A stretch of 29,285 bases of DNA from contig CAVVOP010000028.1 in assembly GCA_963749915.1 (NCBI GenBank), forward strand, positions 1 to 29,285, in the 5' to 3' direction. The notes beneath the pieces are model-generated. The model was given only the letters and a program-made list of their open reading frames with translations. It searched no databases and had not been told where the DNA came from. Positions 27,731 to 29,285 of the stretch are shown here, in pieces. Every line of letters starts with the position of its first letter. Within the stretch, counting starts at the first letter, position 1. Position numbers and translations under genes: made by a program. Source of the DNA: an uncultured cyanobacterium. GTDB lineage: Bacteria > Cyanobacteriota > Cyanobacteriia > Cyanobacteriales > Cyanobacteriaceae.

Positions 27731-28705
27731 TTAAATTGGTAACCCTGCTGCCAACATCTGTTCCTTCAAATCTTGAGCTCGTATAGGATCCAATTGTCCC
27801 TTGAACAATAACCTAATTTCCGCTGGCTTGGTATTAAACTGTTGAGCTAAATTGCGTACATTGTATCCATGCCTGGTTAAAGTCGGCTCTAAATCATCTA
27901 TTTGCTTCGATAAGATCGAATTAATCAAAGTATCAGTTATCGGTTTTTCCCCTGTCTGATAAGCGGACTCAAAAGCTAAAGATAAATGTTGTTCAATTTG
28001 TAAAGGTGTTCTTAATTTTGTCGCTAATAAATCAACCGCTTCGGGTGTGATGACCTCCTGCCATTTACTTTTACTTGCCATACAGTTACTGAGTAACCAT
28101 TCAATATATTCCCGACGAGAACCAATTAAACCATCCAGAGAAAATACTGCTGTACGATAACCGATTTCTTCCATGGTCGGACGACGTAAATCATTTCTCA
28201 GTTTTGGATGTCCCACTAATAAAACAGATAAAGTACCCCCTCCATCTTCAACTACTTCAATGATTCGTTTTAGTCCGGTTAAAGTACTACTGTATAAATC
28301 ATGGGCTTCATCAATAAATAAGGCTACAGGCTTTTTTCGTTTTTTACAAATTAGCTCTCTGAGTTGTCGCTCCCGTTTTTCTCCCTGAGAAGGAATTTTC
28401 AAGGTTTTATCTGGTGATAAATCATAAAACAGAGCAGAGATTAAACTAGGGAGGGTTGCTTTTTGCTTTTCTACCGCTAATGACTTGGAAACCAAAATTT
28501 TCCCTTCTTGATTGAAAATAGCTTGTAATTTTCTTAAAGTAACAGTTTTCCCGCAACCTACTATTCCCGTCAATGCGACTAACTTACCATTTAAAATCGC
28601 TGCTTTGAGTTCGGAGAATAACTGCTTTTGCTCTGGTGTTTCGTAATAACCTGCTTTTCTGAATTCTTTGACCAGGTTATATTCTTTCATGACCTCAATC
28701 AGCAT
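27731..28705 (-). CDS. Transposition-associated AAA ATPase (ExeA/TniB/MuB-like)
   Basis: Walker A GIVGCGKT, Walker B ALFIDEAH; ATG at 28705 with GGAGG upstream overlaps the transposase stop. Confidence 0.9.
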   Translation of the reverse strand: MLIEVMKEYNLVKEFRKAGYYETPEQKQLFSELKAAILNGKLVALTGIVGCGKTVTLRKLQAIFNQEGKILVSKSLAVEKQKATLPSLISALFYDLSPDKTLKIPSQGEKRERQLRELICKKRKKPVALFIDEAHDLYSSTLTGLKRIIEVVEDGGGTLSVLLVGHPKLRNDLRRPTMEEIGYRTAVFSLDGLIGSRREYIEWLLSNCMASKSKWQEVITPEAVDLLATKLRTPLQIEQHLSLAFESAYQTGEKPITDTLINSILSKQIDDLEPTLTRHGYNVRNLAQQFNTKPAEIRLLFKGQLDPIRAQDLKEQMLAAGLPI

Positions 28706-29285
28706 TTTTTCCTCCCTCCTCTTCAAAATAATTTTTCACTTGTTCCAAAATTGCTTTTTTATTTAAAGTCTCACTCAAAATCTGATTAATAAACGCCATC
28801 TGCTCTTGATTGAGTTTGGCTAAGGGTTTATGGAGATAATCCGCAATGGCTCTTTTGGCAGAGAGAATACTCGGATAAGTAAACTCCTGAAAAGGATCTG
28901 GATCTTGAAAGGGAATTAAAACCGTCTCTTTGATAGGGTTAGAAGCCAAAAACTGAAGCTGGGTATTTTTTGAGACTGCCTCTGCTGGTAAACCTAATTG
29001 TTGTGCCAGTTTTTCAATCCGTTCGGCTCTTTTAGTTTTCTTAGTTTTCTTAAAACTGCGGTAGCGATGTAGTGGAATCGGACCTCCTACGGGAGTATAA
29101 GGACCATAACGCTGTCCTTGATGCTCTACATAAAGCTCATTATCAAATAAACCCCACCACAATGTCACTTTTTCTCCAGCTAAATCTGGTTCTACTTCGT
29201 AAGCGACTCCTTCTATGGTTACACGAGCATCGATCCCTACCTTACGCTGTTCTGGTTCACGAGCAAAGGTGCAAAATCTCTCCCA
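28695..29285 (-). CDS. DDE (Mu/IS481-like) transposase, C-terminal part
   Basis: Frame open to the window edge: WERFCTFAREPEQRKVGIDARVTIEGVAYEVEPDLAGEKVTLWWGLFD, resembling a Mu-transposase C-terminal domain; catalytic core lies outside the window. Confidence 0.75.
   Translation of the reverse strand, partial: WERFCTFAREPEQRKVGIDARVTIEGVAYEVEPDLAGEKVTLWWGLFDNELYVEHQGQRYGPYTPVGGPIPLHRYRSFKKTKKTKRAERIEKLAQQLGLPAEAVSKNTQLQFLASNPIKETVLIPFQDPDPFQEFTYPSILSAKRAIADYLHKPLAKLNQEQMAFINQILSETLNKKAILEQVKNYFEEEGGKNAD

Larger units (their letters stand above)
26543..29285 (-). mobile_element. Mu/Tn552/Tn7-like transposon (DDE transposase plus AAA ATPase), partial; runs off the window
   Basis: TGT terminus with about six binding-site repeats (26543..~26680), then passenger genes, ATPase and transposase C-terminus. 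Confidence 0.85.

Overview
AT-rich cyanobacterial DNA (frequent HIP1 GCGATCGC / CGATCG; probably a plasmid or genomic island, which is inference). The window is bracketed by two ~1.1-kb inverted-repeat arms (7..1160 and 26543..27636). Each arm carries the same end of a Mu/Tn552/Tn7-like transposon (TGT...ACA terminus with an array of ~13-bp binding-site repeats) facing inward, plus a 110-aa gene and a small membrane-protein gene. The right arm continues into the element's AAA ATPase and DDE transposase, which runs off the window. Between the arms lie (i) a decaying accessory region (1161..~13000): a DUF1257 gene cut by the transposon end, DUF2997, a Ycf46-like AAA ATPase, two ISH3-family IS, several gene fragments and tiny HIP1-associated repeats; (ii) a frameshifted secreted metallophosphoesterase; (iii) an intact ~10.7-kb zinc-limitation cluster (Fur/Zur regulator, two atypical metallophosphoesterases, ZnuABC-type transporter, WD40 protein, three COG0523/CobW-type proteins, alpha/beta hydrolase, folE) with three Zur-box-like operators; and (iv) a DUF4160/DUF2442 toxin-antitoxin-like pair. 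The most unusual signal is inside the transposon: the 3' end of the 110-aa gene is present twice as diverged alleles ~500 bp apart with a passenger gene between them, and arm homology ends at the same TATGATCC word, hinting at cassette-like cargo exchange. Family assignments are from motif recognition by eye, not database searches.
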